Of a DNA stretch of 41,706 nt, positions 32,838-41,706 are shown piece by piece. Position 1 is the stretch's first letter, and every line of letters starts with the position of its first letter. This DNA is from Bacillota bacterium (GTDB taxonomy: Bacteria > Bacillota > Clostridia > Lachnospirales > Lachnospiraceae). A program made the position numbers and the translations under genes. The notes beneath the pieces were generated by a model, which saw nothing but the letters and a program-made list of their open reading frames with translations, was not told the origin of the DNA and searched no databases. Where the stretch lies: the NCBI GenBank assembly GCA_023424235.1, contig JAFAEB010000211.1, forward strand, positions 1 through 41,706, written 5' to 3'.

Positions 32838-33259
32838 GTTATCTCCTTATACACTTTTATATTCTTTTATATGATTCAATGTCACACACATGTTTTATTT
32901 ATTTTTACTTTATCATTCGTCAACATTATTTCGCTTATATTAAAAGTATGTGTTAATTTTTAGATTTTATTAAATACGACTTTATTAAATAACAAAATTA
33001 CAAGTTTAGTATCTTTAGAAAGTAACTAAGTTATTTTTACTATAATTATGTAAAAGCAATTAAGTATTATTATAGTTTATTTTTTTTGTGGTATCAAGTA
33101 AAAGTAGAAAGTTAATATAAATAAATGGAAAAAGATGATTGAATTATAGAACAGTTGAAATAAGAAGTATGAAAAAGGAAATAGAAATAGACATAAAAAT
33201 AAGTTGGTGCAAATAGGAATAGACTAAATAATCAGTAGATGTAAATATGAATAGAAGAA

Positions 33260-33300
33260 AGGGTGTTGTATTCAAATAATTAACTTGAATACAACACCCT
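33260..33300. terminator. Hairpin at the end of the ara/small-membrane-protein transcript
   Basis: AGGGTGTTGTATTCAA / TTGAATACAACACCCT, T-rich downstream on minus strand. Confidence 0.75.
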
Positions 33301-33320
33301 AAGTAATAATACTATGATCT

Positions 33321-33530
33321 CTAAAATAATAAGCCTGTGACAAATACAATAATGCCCATTACTACAAATACAGCACCAACAATACCTAATATTCCTTTAT
33401 AAGTACTACTCATTTCCATGTCATTATTGCGAAACTTCCATTTTTCTGTTATTTGAAATACTTTATCAGGAAAAAACAGTAGTAACAGACCAATAATTGA
33501 TAATAATAATCCTGCTATAATCTCTTGCAT
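33321..33530 (-). CDS. Small two-TM membrane protein (DUF6199-like)
   Basis: GGAGGT RBS before ATG 33530; two hydrophobic helices around P..VFQITEKWK. Confidence 0.7.
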   Translation of the reverse strand: MQEIIAGLLLSIIGLLLLFFPDKVFQITEKWKFRNNDMEMSSTYKGILGIVGAVFVVMGIIVFVTGLLF

Positions 33531-33579
33531 AGCTACCTCCATACGTCATAATGTATTTTGTTAGTAGGTATTATTAATG

Positions 33580-33687
33580 TAGCTTATTTTTAGTTTATTT
33601 TAGCTTATTTTTAGTTTATTTTTAGCTTATTTTTAGCTTATTTCTAATTTATTATCATTTATTATTCGTTTAGTATTAGCTTATTTT
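33580..33687. repeat. 11-bp tandem repeat (TAGCTTATTTT) continuous with the araD stop codon
   Basis: Units at 33580, 33591, 33601, 33612, 33623, 33634, decayed units, and 33677 overlapping the stop. Confidence 0.85.
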
Positions 33688-34379
33688 TGTCCATAATAAG
33701 CGTTTTTACCATGTTTACGTAAATAATGCTTATCTAATAATTCTTGCTGCATTGGACTAATGGTACTAGCAGAAAGCATAAGATTGTGCCATGCCATGCA
33801 TGCGACTTCTTCCATTACAACTGCGTTGTGAACTGCATTATTTGGGCTTGTTCCCCAAGTGAAAGGACCATGGCTATAAACTACAACACCAGGTACATCG
33901 TCAGGATTAATACCACCTTCTTTAAAACGCTCAATAATTACAGTTCCTGTTTCCTTTTCATATGCGGTGCTTATTTCTTCTTTTGTCATTTTACGAGTAC
34001 ATGGTATTTCACCATAGAAATAATCGGCATGTGTGGTACCAAGAGCTGGAATGCCTCTTCCAGATTGAGCGAAGGTAGTTGCCCATCTTGAATGTGTATG
34101 AACGACACCTCCTATATTAGGGAAAGCTTTATATAATTCAATATGAGTTGCAGTATCTGATGATGGCTTATAATGACCTTCTACTACATTACCATCCAAA
34201 TCTACAACTACCATATCTTCGACCTTCATAACGTCATATTCAACACCGGAAGGTTTAATTACAATCAGATTTTGCTCTCTATCGATCCCAGATACATTAC
34301 CCCAGGTAAATGTTATAAGGCCGTATTTTGGTAAGTCCATATTGGCTTTAAAGACTTGTTCTTTTAATTGTTCTAACAT
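33681..34379 (-). CDS. araD: L-ribulose-5-phosphate 4-epimerase (start set at ATG 34379)
   Basis: [46 protein letters not shown]. Confidence 0.96.
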   Translation of the reverse strand: MLEQLKEQVFKANMDLPKYGLITFTWGNVSGIDREQNLIVIKPSGVEYDVMKVEDMVVVDLDGNVVEGHYKPSSDTATHIELYKAFPNIGGVVHTHSRWATTFAQSGRGIPALGTTHADYFYGEIPCTRKMTKEEISTAYEKETGTVIIERFKEGGINPDDVPGVVVYSHGPFTWGTSPNNAVHNAVVMEEVACMAWHNLMLSASTISPMQQELLDKHYLRKHGKNAYYGQK

Positions 34380-34418
34380 ACGAATCTCCATTCTGCTGAT
34401 TGTTCTTTGCTTATATAA

Positions 34419-34459
34419 TGTAAATACTTAAAGCAATTACATCACTTTAAGTATTTACA
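34419..34459. repeat. Intercistronic hairpin between araA and araD
   Basis: TGTAAATACTTAAAG / CTTTAAGTATTTACA perfect 15-bp stem. Confidence 0.75.
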
Positions 34460-34473
34460 ATAAAAGTATCAAA

Positions 34474-35952
34474 TTATTTTAATTTCCAAGCAATATCTTG
34501 AAGGAATAATTGTTGTTTTAAATCATTAACTGTAGTGTCTTTGTTAATATGAATAAATTCAATATCAAGCATTTCGGCAAAATCTCTCATTTGATCTGCT
34601 GTAATAGAGTAGGAGAATACAGTATGGTGTGCACCACCAGCTAAGATCCAGCATTCTGCACCAGTTAATAAGTCTGGCATAGGCTTCCACATTACACGGG
34701 CAACTGGAAGATTAGGCATCTCATAAATAGGTTTTACAGCTTCTACATCTTGAACGATTAATCTAAAACGTCCTCCCATATCAACCATTGATACAGCGAT
34801 TGCATTTCCTGCTTTACCTTCAAATACAAGTCTTGCAGGATCAGCTTTACCACCAATTCCTAGTGGATGAACTTCAATTCTTGGCTTATCTTCTGCGAGC
34901 GTTGGGCATACCTCTAACATATGAGCTCCAAGTGATAATTCACTACCTTTTGTAAGGTCATAAGTATAATCCTCCATAAATGCAGATCCACCTTCTAGAC
35001 CTTCACCCATTTGTTTTAAGATATGAGTAAGAGCAGATACTTTCCAGTCACCTTCTCCGCCGTAACCAAAACCAGCTTCCATTAATCTTTGGCTTGCAAG
35101 ACCAGGAAGTTGATCCATTCCGTGAAGATCTTCAAAGGTATTTGTATATGCACCACAACCTGCTTCAAGAAGCATTTTTTTCATAGCGATCTCGCATTTT
35201 GCTTGATAACGAATTGCATCAATATTATCTGTTGCAATTGTATATTTCTCTTTGTATTCATCTAATAAAGAGTCAACTTCTTCGTTTGTTACAGCGTTGA
35301 TTTCTTTTACTAAATCACCAACAGCAGTAGTATTTACTTGCCAGCCAAGTTTAAGTTGAGCTTCAACTTTATCACCTTCAGTAACAGCTACTTGACGCAT
35401 GTTATCGCCAAAACGCATTACTTTAAGGTTCTTACTAACCATAACACCAACAGCAGCTCTCATCCAGCTACCGATTCTAAGTTGTACATCGGTATCTTCC
35501 CAGTAACCAGCGATAACTTTACGTGGCATGCGAAGTCTTGTACCGATGAAACCATGCTCTCTATCACCATGAGCAGATTGATTTAGATTCATAAAATCCA
35601 TATCAATTCCTTCATTTGGTATTGTACGGTTAAATTGTGTATGTAAATGACAATAAGGTTTTTCTAAAATTGATAATCCATTAATCCACATTTTAGATGG
35701 GGAGAATGTATGCATCCAAGTAATAATACCTGCACAATTTTCATTGTAATTTGCTTCTTTCATTACTTTTGTAATTTCATCTGGAGTTGTAACGATTGGT
35801 TTAAATACTACAGAGCAAGGAATTTCACTTGATTCATTAAGCGCACTCGCAATAATCTCGGAATGTGCAGCAACTTGTTTTAATGTTTCTGGTCCATATA
35901 AATGTTGGGATCCAGTAATAAACCAAAACTCATAACGTTTTAAATTTGACAT
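34474..35952 (-). CDS. araA: L-arabinose isomerase
   Basis: GSQHLYG, WMHTFSP, NLNQSAHGDRE, GEGDWK, MEDYTY, AHMLEV, GGAHHT. Confidence 0.98.
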   Translation of the reverse strand: MSNLKRYEFWFITGSQHLYGPETLKQVAAHSEIIASALNESSEIPCSVVFKPIVTTPDEITKVMKEANYNENCAGIITWMHTFSPSKMWINGLSILEKPYCHLHTQFNRTIPNEGIDMDFMNLNQSAHGDREHGFIGTRLRMPRKVIAGYWEDTDVQLRIGSWMRAAVGVMVSKNLKVMRFGDNMRQVAVTEGDKVEAQLKLGWQVNTTAVGDLVKEINAVTNEEVDSLLDEYKEKYTIATDNIDAIRYQAKCEIAMKKMLLEAGCGAYTNTFEDLHGMDQLPGLASQRLMEAGFGYGGEGDWKVSALTHILKQMGEGLEGGSAFMEDYTYDLTKGSELSLGAHMLEVCPTLAEDKPRIEVHPLGIGGKADPARLVFEGKAGNAIAVSMVDMGGRFRLIVQDVEAVKPIYEMPNLPVARVMWKPMPDLLTGAECWILAGGAHHTVFSYSITADQMRDFAEMLDIEFIHINKDTTVNDLKQQLFLQDIAWKLK

Positions 35953-36014
35953 AATAAACCTCCTATAATTAAACTATTCTTTATGATTTGACTTGTTTAA
36001 AATTTTTCTTCTTA

Positions 36015-36212
36015 TTAATATCTTATAAATCTTTCTTAATTCTTATAAGCTTTGACCTTTTAATTCTTATAAGCTTTAATCTTCTTAATTCTTATAAACT
36101 TTAATCTTCTTAATTCTTATAAGCTATGCTCTTTTAAATTCTTATAAACTTTGATCTTATTAATTATTATAAGCTTTAATCTTTTAATTCTTATAAGCTT
36201 TGTTCCTTTTTG
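36015..36212. repeat. 24-25 bp tandem repeat, about 8 units, starting within the last codons of araB
   Basis: Consensus TAATTCTTATAAGCTTTAATCTTCT; TTATAA cores at 36023, 36043, 36067, 36092, 36117, 36142, 36167, 36191. Confidence 0.9.
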
Positions 36213-37858
36213 ATTTCTTTAAGACGTTTCATAACATCATTTGCACCACGTCCAAAGTAGTCATGTAGGATAGAATATTCATTGTAAAGCTTATCATAAA
36301 TCTTTGCATTATCTTCGTTTGGAGTATAAACAGTATCACGTAATTTACCCATTACACTACCAGCCTTAAATACATCGTCATAACCACCATGCTCTGATCC
36401 AGCAGCAACCGCACCAAAGATAGCACTACCAAGTGCAGGACCTTGATTTGTTCCACCAATTTTAATAGGAATACCAAGAACATCTGCATAGATTTGCATT
36501 GCCATCGGATTTTTAAAGGAAATACCACCGGAAGCGTAGAATTCATCTACAGCTACACCGTTGTTACGGAATGTTTCAATAATTTTTCTAGTTCCATAAG
36601 CAGTTGCTTCAATTAATGCACGGTACATTTCTTCTGGTTTGGTTTGTAGAGTCATACCAAGGATCATACCAGTAAGATCTACGTCTACAAGAACGGAACG
36701 ATTTCCATTCCACCAGTCTAGGGCTACTAAACCGCTTTGACCAACCTTTAATTCATTTGCCTTTTTCGTTAAGTACTCATGAATATTAAGTCCTTCTGCT
36801 TTTGCTTGTTCATAGTAGTCAGCACTTACACAGTTTTCTACAAACCATGCAAAATGATCTCCTACACAACTTTGTCCTGCTTCATAACCGTAGAATCCTG
36901 GGCAAACACCATCTTCAACAACACCGCACATACCTGGAACTTCTTTTTCAACCGTACCAAGTAGGATATGGCAAGTGGAGGTACCCATAATTGCTAGCAT
37001 TTTACCTGGGCCATCGATTTTAACAGCTGGTACGGTAACATGAGCATCTACATTGGCAACAGCAACAGCAGTACCAACTTTTAAGCCTGTAAGCTTAGAA
37101 GCAGCTTCACTAATTTCACCTGCTTTAGCACCAAGAGGTGAGATCTCACAGTTTAATTTATCTTCAACAACATTTTCAAGACGTGGATCTAGAGCTTTGA
37201 AGAATTCTTTTTTAGGATATCCTTTTTGCTTATGCCACATAGCTTTATATCCAGCAGTACAGGAATTTCTAGTTTGAACACCAGTTAGTTGCCAGATTAC
37301 CCAGTCAGCAGCTTCCATAAAGAAATCAGCTTCTTCGTAGATTTCAGGAGCTTCGTCTAAGGTTTGCCAGATCTTTGGGAACATCCATTCAGAAGAGATT
37401 TTACCACCGTAACGTGGTAGCCAATCTTCCTTCATTTCTTCAGCGATCTCATTTAATTTGTTTGCTTTATCTTGAGCAGCGTGATGCTTCCATAATTTTA
37501 TGTAAGCGTGAGGTGTATCCTTATACTTGTCTAAGAAACATAAAGGTGTTCCGTCTGCTTTTACTGGTAACATAGTACATGCAGTAAAGTCAATACCAAC
37601 TCCGATTACATCCTCTGGTGATACTCCTGATTGTTTTAATACAGCTGGAATGGTGTAAGCAAATACATCTAAATAATCCTGTGGATGTTCAAGTGCCCAG
37701 TCAGGAGCAAGTTTTTTACCGCTTGGTAAGGTTTCATCCATTACTCCATGAGGATATTCTAGAGTAGCATCTGCTAATTCTTCGCCAGTTTCCACATTAA
37801 CTAAAAGTGCACGGCCAGAAAGTGTACCAAAATCGACACCGATTGAATACTTTGGCAT
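36191..37858 (-). CDS. araB: L-ribulokinase (FGGY family)
   Basis: [35 protein letters not shown]; context. Confidence 0.95.
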   Translation of the reverse strand: MPKYSIGVDFGTLSGRALLVNVETGEELADATLEYPHGVMDETLPSGKKLAPDWALEHPQDYLDVFAYTIPAVLKQSGVSPEDVIGVGIDFTACTMLPVKADGTPLCFLDKYKDTPHAYIKLWKHHAAQDKANKLNEIAEEMKEDWLPRYGGKISSEWMFPKIWQTLDEAPEIYEEADFFMEAADWVIWQLTGVQTRNSCTAGYKAMWHKQKGYPKKEFFKALDPRLENVVEDKLNCEISPLGAKAGEISEAASKLTGLKVGTAVAVANVDAHVTVPAVKIDGPGKMLAIMGTSTCHILLGTVEKEVPGMCGVVEDGVCPGFYGYEAGQSCVGDHFAWFVENCVSADYYEQAKAEGLNIHEYLTKKANELKVGQSGLVALDWWNGNRSVLVDVDLTGMILGMTLQTKPEEMYRALIEATAYGTRKIIETFRNNGVAVDEFYASGGISFKNPMAMQIYADVLGIPIKIGGTNQGPALGSAIFGAVAAGSEHGGYDDVFKAGSVMGKLRDTVYTPNEDNAKIYDKLYNEYSILHDYFGRGANDVMKRLKEIKKEQSL

Positions 37859-37968
37859 TATGTAATACCTCCTTAATAATTAGTTATGTAGGAAGAAGGA
37901 TAATAAATTAATCTTCTTACCCAATCATATGACTGTAGTTTTATGGACATACATCTTATTTAAAATTG

Positions 37969-37984
37969 ACATGTACGTACAACT
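37969..37984. promoter_or_regulatory. AraR operator upstream of araB
   Basis: ACATGTACGTACAACT versus B. subtilis AraR consensus ATTTGTACGTACAAAT; just downstream of the predicted promoter. Confidence 0.85.
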
Positions 37985-37996
37985 TTTTATAGTTTT

Positions 37997-38025
37997 ATTC
38001 TATCTGATCATAGTATAAAAATCAA
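37997..38025 (-). promoter_or_regulatory. sigmaA promoter of araBAD
   Basis: TTGATT (38025-38020), 17 bp, TAGAAT (38002-37997). Confidence 0.7.
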
Positions 38026-38091
38026 GTAAAATAAAACCTATCTAATTTAAATTGAATTAAAATAAATTGATGAATAATAAGATAAAAGATA

Positions 38092-38575
38092 TTATATAAA
38101 ACTGTTACTTACAAGTTGATTGATGTCTTTAAGAATGAAAGCAAATTCTCTTGGGTTATCAAGCATCATAAAGTGGCTGGCATCTTTTTGCATATATAAC
38201 TTTTTCATTGGAGCATTAATAGAAGTAAAATATTTCATTGCGATGGTGTTAGGAGCTTGAAAGTCGTTATCACCCAGAATATAAAATACAGGAACATCAT
38301 ATGTAAGATTTAAGTCGTATAAGTTAGTAGAAAGCATATAATCCCATATTTTTTTATTATTGCCCATGCCATTTAGTAAGCTTTTGAAATCTGATAATTG
38401 AAAAATAGGGCTTTTAATAAGGCTTTTTAGTATTAGGGAAAAGTTCATTCCTATATGGTACTTACCTTGTAATATCCTAAGTTTTTGGATTTTCTTAATC
38501 ATTATTTTATTATAGGTTGGTTCAGGATAATTACCAATAAGGTTAAGAGTCTTTAAATCTTTTTTACTACCACTA
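38092..38575 (-). pseudogene. C-terminal remnant of an alpha/beta hydrolase
   Basis: VPVFYILGDNDFQAP (Asp) and ASHFMMLDNP (His) motifs present, no GxSxG. The frame stays open upstream of 38502 (KKDLKTLNLIGNYP) but has no start codon before an in-frame stop. Confidence 0.7.
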
Positions 38576-38677
38576 TAATAAAAATACCAATAAACTCCTT
38601 ATCATATGAAAAATAACAAAGTATATAATAATAAACACCTTTTATTAAATGATTTATTAAGATTACTATTTATAGCT

Positions 38678-39778
38678 TTATAATTTATTAATTACCTTTA
38701 CCGATTCTCTAATTTTAAGGCTTGGTTCTAGGATTACTTCTTCTTCATAGGAATAGTCTTCCATACGTTTTTGTAATATCAAAGCAGCTTTCTTTCCTAT
38801 TTTTTTAGAAGGGTGAATAACAGATGTTAGGTTACATACCATCTCTTTTGCTAAAAAGGAGTTATCAAAGCTAATAATGGATTTGTCATCTGGCACGGAT
38901 AAGTGATTTCGTTTTAACACCTTTATAAGTCCAGCAGCCACCTGATCGTTATAGCAAACAACAGCAGTAACATCCTTAAGGCGCTCCATAATAATTTTAT
39001 CCATAGAACCATCAAAAAAGTACTTAAAATCTTCCGTTGTGTACCAAATCATAGAATTATCATGTAAGGTGTGATTATTTTTCTTAAGGGATTTTAGTAA
39101 TCCTTCGTATCGCTTAATTCCTTGGATATCATCGGACTTAAAGATTCCTCCAATATGCGTATGACCATTGGCATTTAAGTAGTCTAGAGCAAGTTCTCCA
39201 GCTTTTCTATCATCCATAACTACATAAGATTTTACATTAGAGCCATTAAAGCCGTTGATAAATACAGTTGGAATATTACGTTCTTTCAGTTCTTCGTATA
39301 AGGACTCATTCATATTAGGGAGTGCAGTTTTGGTACCTTCAATAATAATACCATCCACACCAGTTTGAATCATAGAATGAAGACAATTCTCCTCATTAGA
39401 AGGTTTATTATGAGTAATTCCAAGGGACATGGTATATCCGTTTACCGTTAGTACTTCCTCGATACCATGTATTATACTTGGAAAGATATAGTCGTCTAGG
39501 TAAGTTGTTATAACACCAACACGCATGGTTTTAGAAGGATTCGGTTTTAGGAGTGGTTTTAAGTTCACATAAGTTCCACTACCATGTTCACGGGTTAGGA
39601 TACCCTCCGATACTAAATTACCGATTGCCTGTCTTACTGTTTGTCTGCTATATCCAAATAGATTGGATAATTCATTTTCAGAAGGAATTTTATCACCTAC
39701 AAGAAATGTTTGGTTTGATATATTATCTTTAATCCACTGACTAAGTAGTAGATGCTTTGCTATTTTCTCATTAGACAT
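38678..39778 (-). CDS. araR: Arabinose repressor AraR (GntR HTH plus LacI-type sensor domain)
   Basis: IPSENEL, SRQTVRQAI, GSGTYV; VVCYNDQVA, VPDDKSIISFDNS; next to araBAD. Confidence 0.9.
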   Translation of the reverse strand: MSNEKIAKHLLLSQWIKDNISNQTFLVGDKIPSENELSNLFGYSRQTVRQAIGNLVSEGILTREHGSGTYVNLKPLLKPNPSKTMRVGVITTYLDDYIFPSIIHGIEEVLTVNGYTMSLGITHNKPSNEENCLHSMIQTGVDGIIIEGTKTALPNMNESLYEELKERNIPTVFINGFNGSNVKSYVVMDDRKAGELALDYLNANGHTHIGGIFKSDDIQGIKRYEGLLKSLKKNNHTLHDNSMIWYTTEDFKYFFDGSMDKIIMERLKDVTAVVCYNDQVAAGLIKVLKRNHLSVPDDKSIISFDNSFLAKEMVCNLTSVIHPSKKIGKKAALILQKRMEDYSYEEEVILEPSLKIRESVKVINKL

Positions 39779-39831
39779 GATGTGCCTCCAGTTGAAACTC
39801 TTTTATTAATTAATAATGAATAGTTTACTAC

Positions 39832-39889
39832 AAAAAAAACAACTTGTAAATACAAGTCTTAAAGTTGTATTTACAAGTTGTTTTTTTTT
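39832..39889. terminator. Long hairpin terminating the ATPase operon, overlapping the araR upstream region
   Basis: AAAAAAAACAACTTGTAAATACAA / TTGTATTTACAAGTTGTTTTTTTT. Confidence 0.8.
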
Positions 39890-39890
39890 A

Positions 39891-40051
39891 CTATAGTGCT
39901 TTACTTTAAATTATAGTGCTTTCACTTTAAACTATAGTGCTTTACTTTAAATTATAGTGCTTTACTTAAACTATAGTGCTTCACTTTAAATTATAGTGCT
40001 GTACTTTAAATTATAGTGCTTTACTTTAAATTATAGTGCTTTCACTTTAAT
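39891..40051. repeat. 19-21 bp tandem repeat, 8 copies, abutting the ATPase subunit D stop codon
   Basis: (C/T)TATAGTGCTTTACTTTAAA at 39891, 39911, 39932, 39952, 39971, 39991, 40011, 40031. Confidence 0.95.
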
Positions 40052-40681
40052 CTATCGTTCTTTCAATTTATCTTTTCTACCTTTTATAACCTTAAGCCTT
40101 GTAAATTCTTCTCTCTCTTTTTCCTCAAGGGAATTTTGAATGGATGTGGTAAGATTAATGTAGTAAGGAATTGTAATATTTTTTAGTGCATTGGCACGTT
40201 TTTGAGTCTTTTTAATATTGGTGGCAAGTCGGTAGGCGGAGTTTTCAATCATAGATAGCCTTAGGGTTAAGGTTTTAACCTTATTAAAATGATTGGTTGC
40301 TTCATCTAAGGAGATCCGGGTGTAATAAAAAGAGTAAGTAGGTTTCTTACTTGACTCTTCAAACTGTACCAATGGAATTTCAGTTCCCATAATGCTTCGT
40401 TGCTTAATAACAATGGAGTTTTCTTCAGGCACCGTGCTACTTAATTCCTCTACGTTACGAATACCCATTTCTATATTTGCTTTCTGAAGTGCTTTATAGG
40501 CCTCCCTGAAGGTAGTATCGATTTCTGTTTGAATATCCTTTGCTTTATCAATTAACTCCATAAGTTCACGAATTAATATATTACGTTTCTTATCCATTAA
40601 TTCATAACCTTGTTTCGCTAGAGCTAATGAATTCTTAGCAAGTATTAAATTACCCTTTGTAGGAAACGTATTAGGATTCAT
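40052..40681 (-). CDS. ntpD: V/A-type ATP synthase subunit D
   Basis: PTKGNL, GYELMDKKR, KKTQKRANAL, EEKEREEFTRLK. Confidence 0.95.
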   Translation of the reverse strand: MNPNTFPTKGNLILAKNSLALAKQGYELMDKKRNILIRELMELIDKAKDIQTEIDTTFREAYKALQKANIEMGIRNVEELSSTVPEENSIVIKQRSIMGTEIPLVQFEESSKKPTYSFYYTRISLDEATNHFNKVKTLTLRLSMIENSAYRLATNIKKTQKRANALKNITIPYYINLTTSIQNSLEEKEREEFTRLKVIKGRKDKLKER

Positions 40682-40701
40682 AATAAACTACCTTTCTAAA
40701 G

Positions 40702-41706
40702 TTAAATGTCTTCTTCTTCATCTTCTTCTTCAGAAGATTTATAGTATTCATCTAAGGTCTTTGTATCAACACGGTCTAATTCTTCTCTTGGTAGAATGGA
40801 TAAGAGATTCCAGCCAAGATCTAAGGTTTCAATCATACTACGATCTTCATCACTTCTTTGGGAGATAAAGTTTTCTTCCATGGCAATACCAAATTTTAAA
40901 TATTTCTTATCAATTGGAGATAACTCATCTTCACCAATTACACTTGCTAGATTTCTAGCATCAAATACTCGAGCGTAAGAAGAAAATAGCTGATTGGCAA
41001 GATCGTGGTGATCTTTTCTTGTATATCCTTCACCGATACCATCCTTCATAAGACGGGAGAGAGAAGGAAGAACATTAATTGGTGGGTAGATTGATTTTTG
41101 GAATAAAGGTCTATCTAATACGATCTGACCTTCTGTGATATAACCTGTTAAATCCGGTATTGGATGGGTTATATCATCATTTGGCATTGTAAGGATTGGG
41201 ATCTGAGTAACAGAACCTTTTCTTCCATGAACAATACCAGCGCGTTCATATATGGTTGCAAGCTCGCTGTATAGGTAGCCAGGATATCCTTTTCTACTAG
41301 GGATTTCACCTTTTGATGAGGATACCTCACGCATTGCTTCAGCATAGGAAGTCATATCTGTTAAAATAACAAGAATATGCATTCCTTTTTCAAAAGCTAA
41401 ATATTCAGCAGCAGTTAAAGCAACCTTTGGTGTAATAAGACGCTCTACAACTGGATCATTGGCAAGATTTAAAAACATAACTACGTGGGAGCTAACACCA
41501 CTTTCTTCAAAGGTTTTACGGAAGAAATCAGCAACATCATGTTTTACGCCCATTGCAGCAAAAACAATAGCAAATTCTTCGTTTGAATTCTCACCTAGAG
41601 AAGCCTGCTTAACAATTTGAGCGGCTAATCTATCATGAGGCAAACCATTACCTGAAAAGATCGGAAGCTTCTGGCCACGTATTAAGGTAGTCAAACAATC
41701 AATGGT
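40702..41706 (-). CDS. ntpB: V/A-type ATP synthase subunit B, 5' part outside the window
   Basis: [41 protein letters not shown]; frame open to the window edge. Confidence 0.95.
   Translation of the reverse strand, partial: TIDCLTTLIRGQKLPIFSGNGLPHDRLAAQIVKQASLGENSNEEFAIVFAAMGVKHDVADFFRKTFEESGVSSHVVMFLNLANDPVVERLITPKVALTAAEYLAFEKGMHILVILTDMTSYAEAMREVSSSKGEIPSRKGYPGYLYSELATIYERAGIVHGRKGSVTQIPILTMPNDDITHPIPDLTGYITEGQIVLDRPLFQKSIYPPINVLPSLSRLMKDGIGEGYTRKDHHDLANQLFSSYARVFDARNLASVIGEDELSPIDKKYLKFGIAMEENFISQRSDEDRSMIETLDLGWNLLSILPREELDRVDTKTLDEYYKSSEEEDEEEDI

Noticed and set aside
32838..33259. Small ORF or sRNA in the long spacer upstream of the carboxypeptidase gene
   Set aside because: Only very short AT-rich ORFs without RBS and no convincing structure; cannot be supported from sequence
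37940..37956. Second AraR operator (ATGGACATACAT) in the araB leader
   Set aside because: Two core mismatches and 28-bp spacing out of helical phase; too weak to call

Overview
AT-rich chromosomal replication-origin region of a low-GC Firmicute; gene content points to Clostridia, probably Lachnospiraceae (inference). Left arm, minus strand: dnaA-dnaN-yaaA-recF-gyrB-gyrA, a two-subunit class I fumarate/tartrate hydro-lyase, tRNA-Ser(GCT) and an rRNA-operon leader running off the left edge. oriC is bipartite, with DnaA boxes upstream of dnaA and a DnaA-box/GC/DnaA-trio/AT unwinding module between dnaA and dnaN. Right arm: rpmH-rnpA-yidD-yidC-jag-mnmE-mnmG-rsmG, an inserted block (GNAT, soluble DegS/DegU-like two-component pair, lipoprotein), six parS sites around parA-parB, DUF4446-like gene, adhE with Rex-type operators, HD-GYP gene, DUF3881-like gene, tRNA-Arg(CCT), a D-Ala-D-Ala carboxypeptidase, an L-arabinose cluster (araR, hydrolase remnant, araB-araA-araD) and the end of a V/A-type ATPase operon. 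I found no CRISPR array, transposase, prophage or defence system, and no clearly new multi-gene system. The unusual signals are non-coding: three tandem arrays whose unit is a copy of the adjacent gene's stop-codon region, parS sites multiplied inside duplicated 150-190 bp units, a parS extended into a terminator-like palindrome, and a hairpin built from two AraR-operator-like palindromes.
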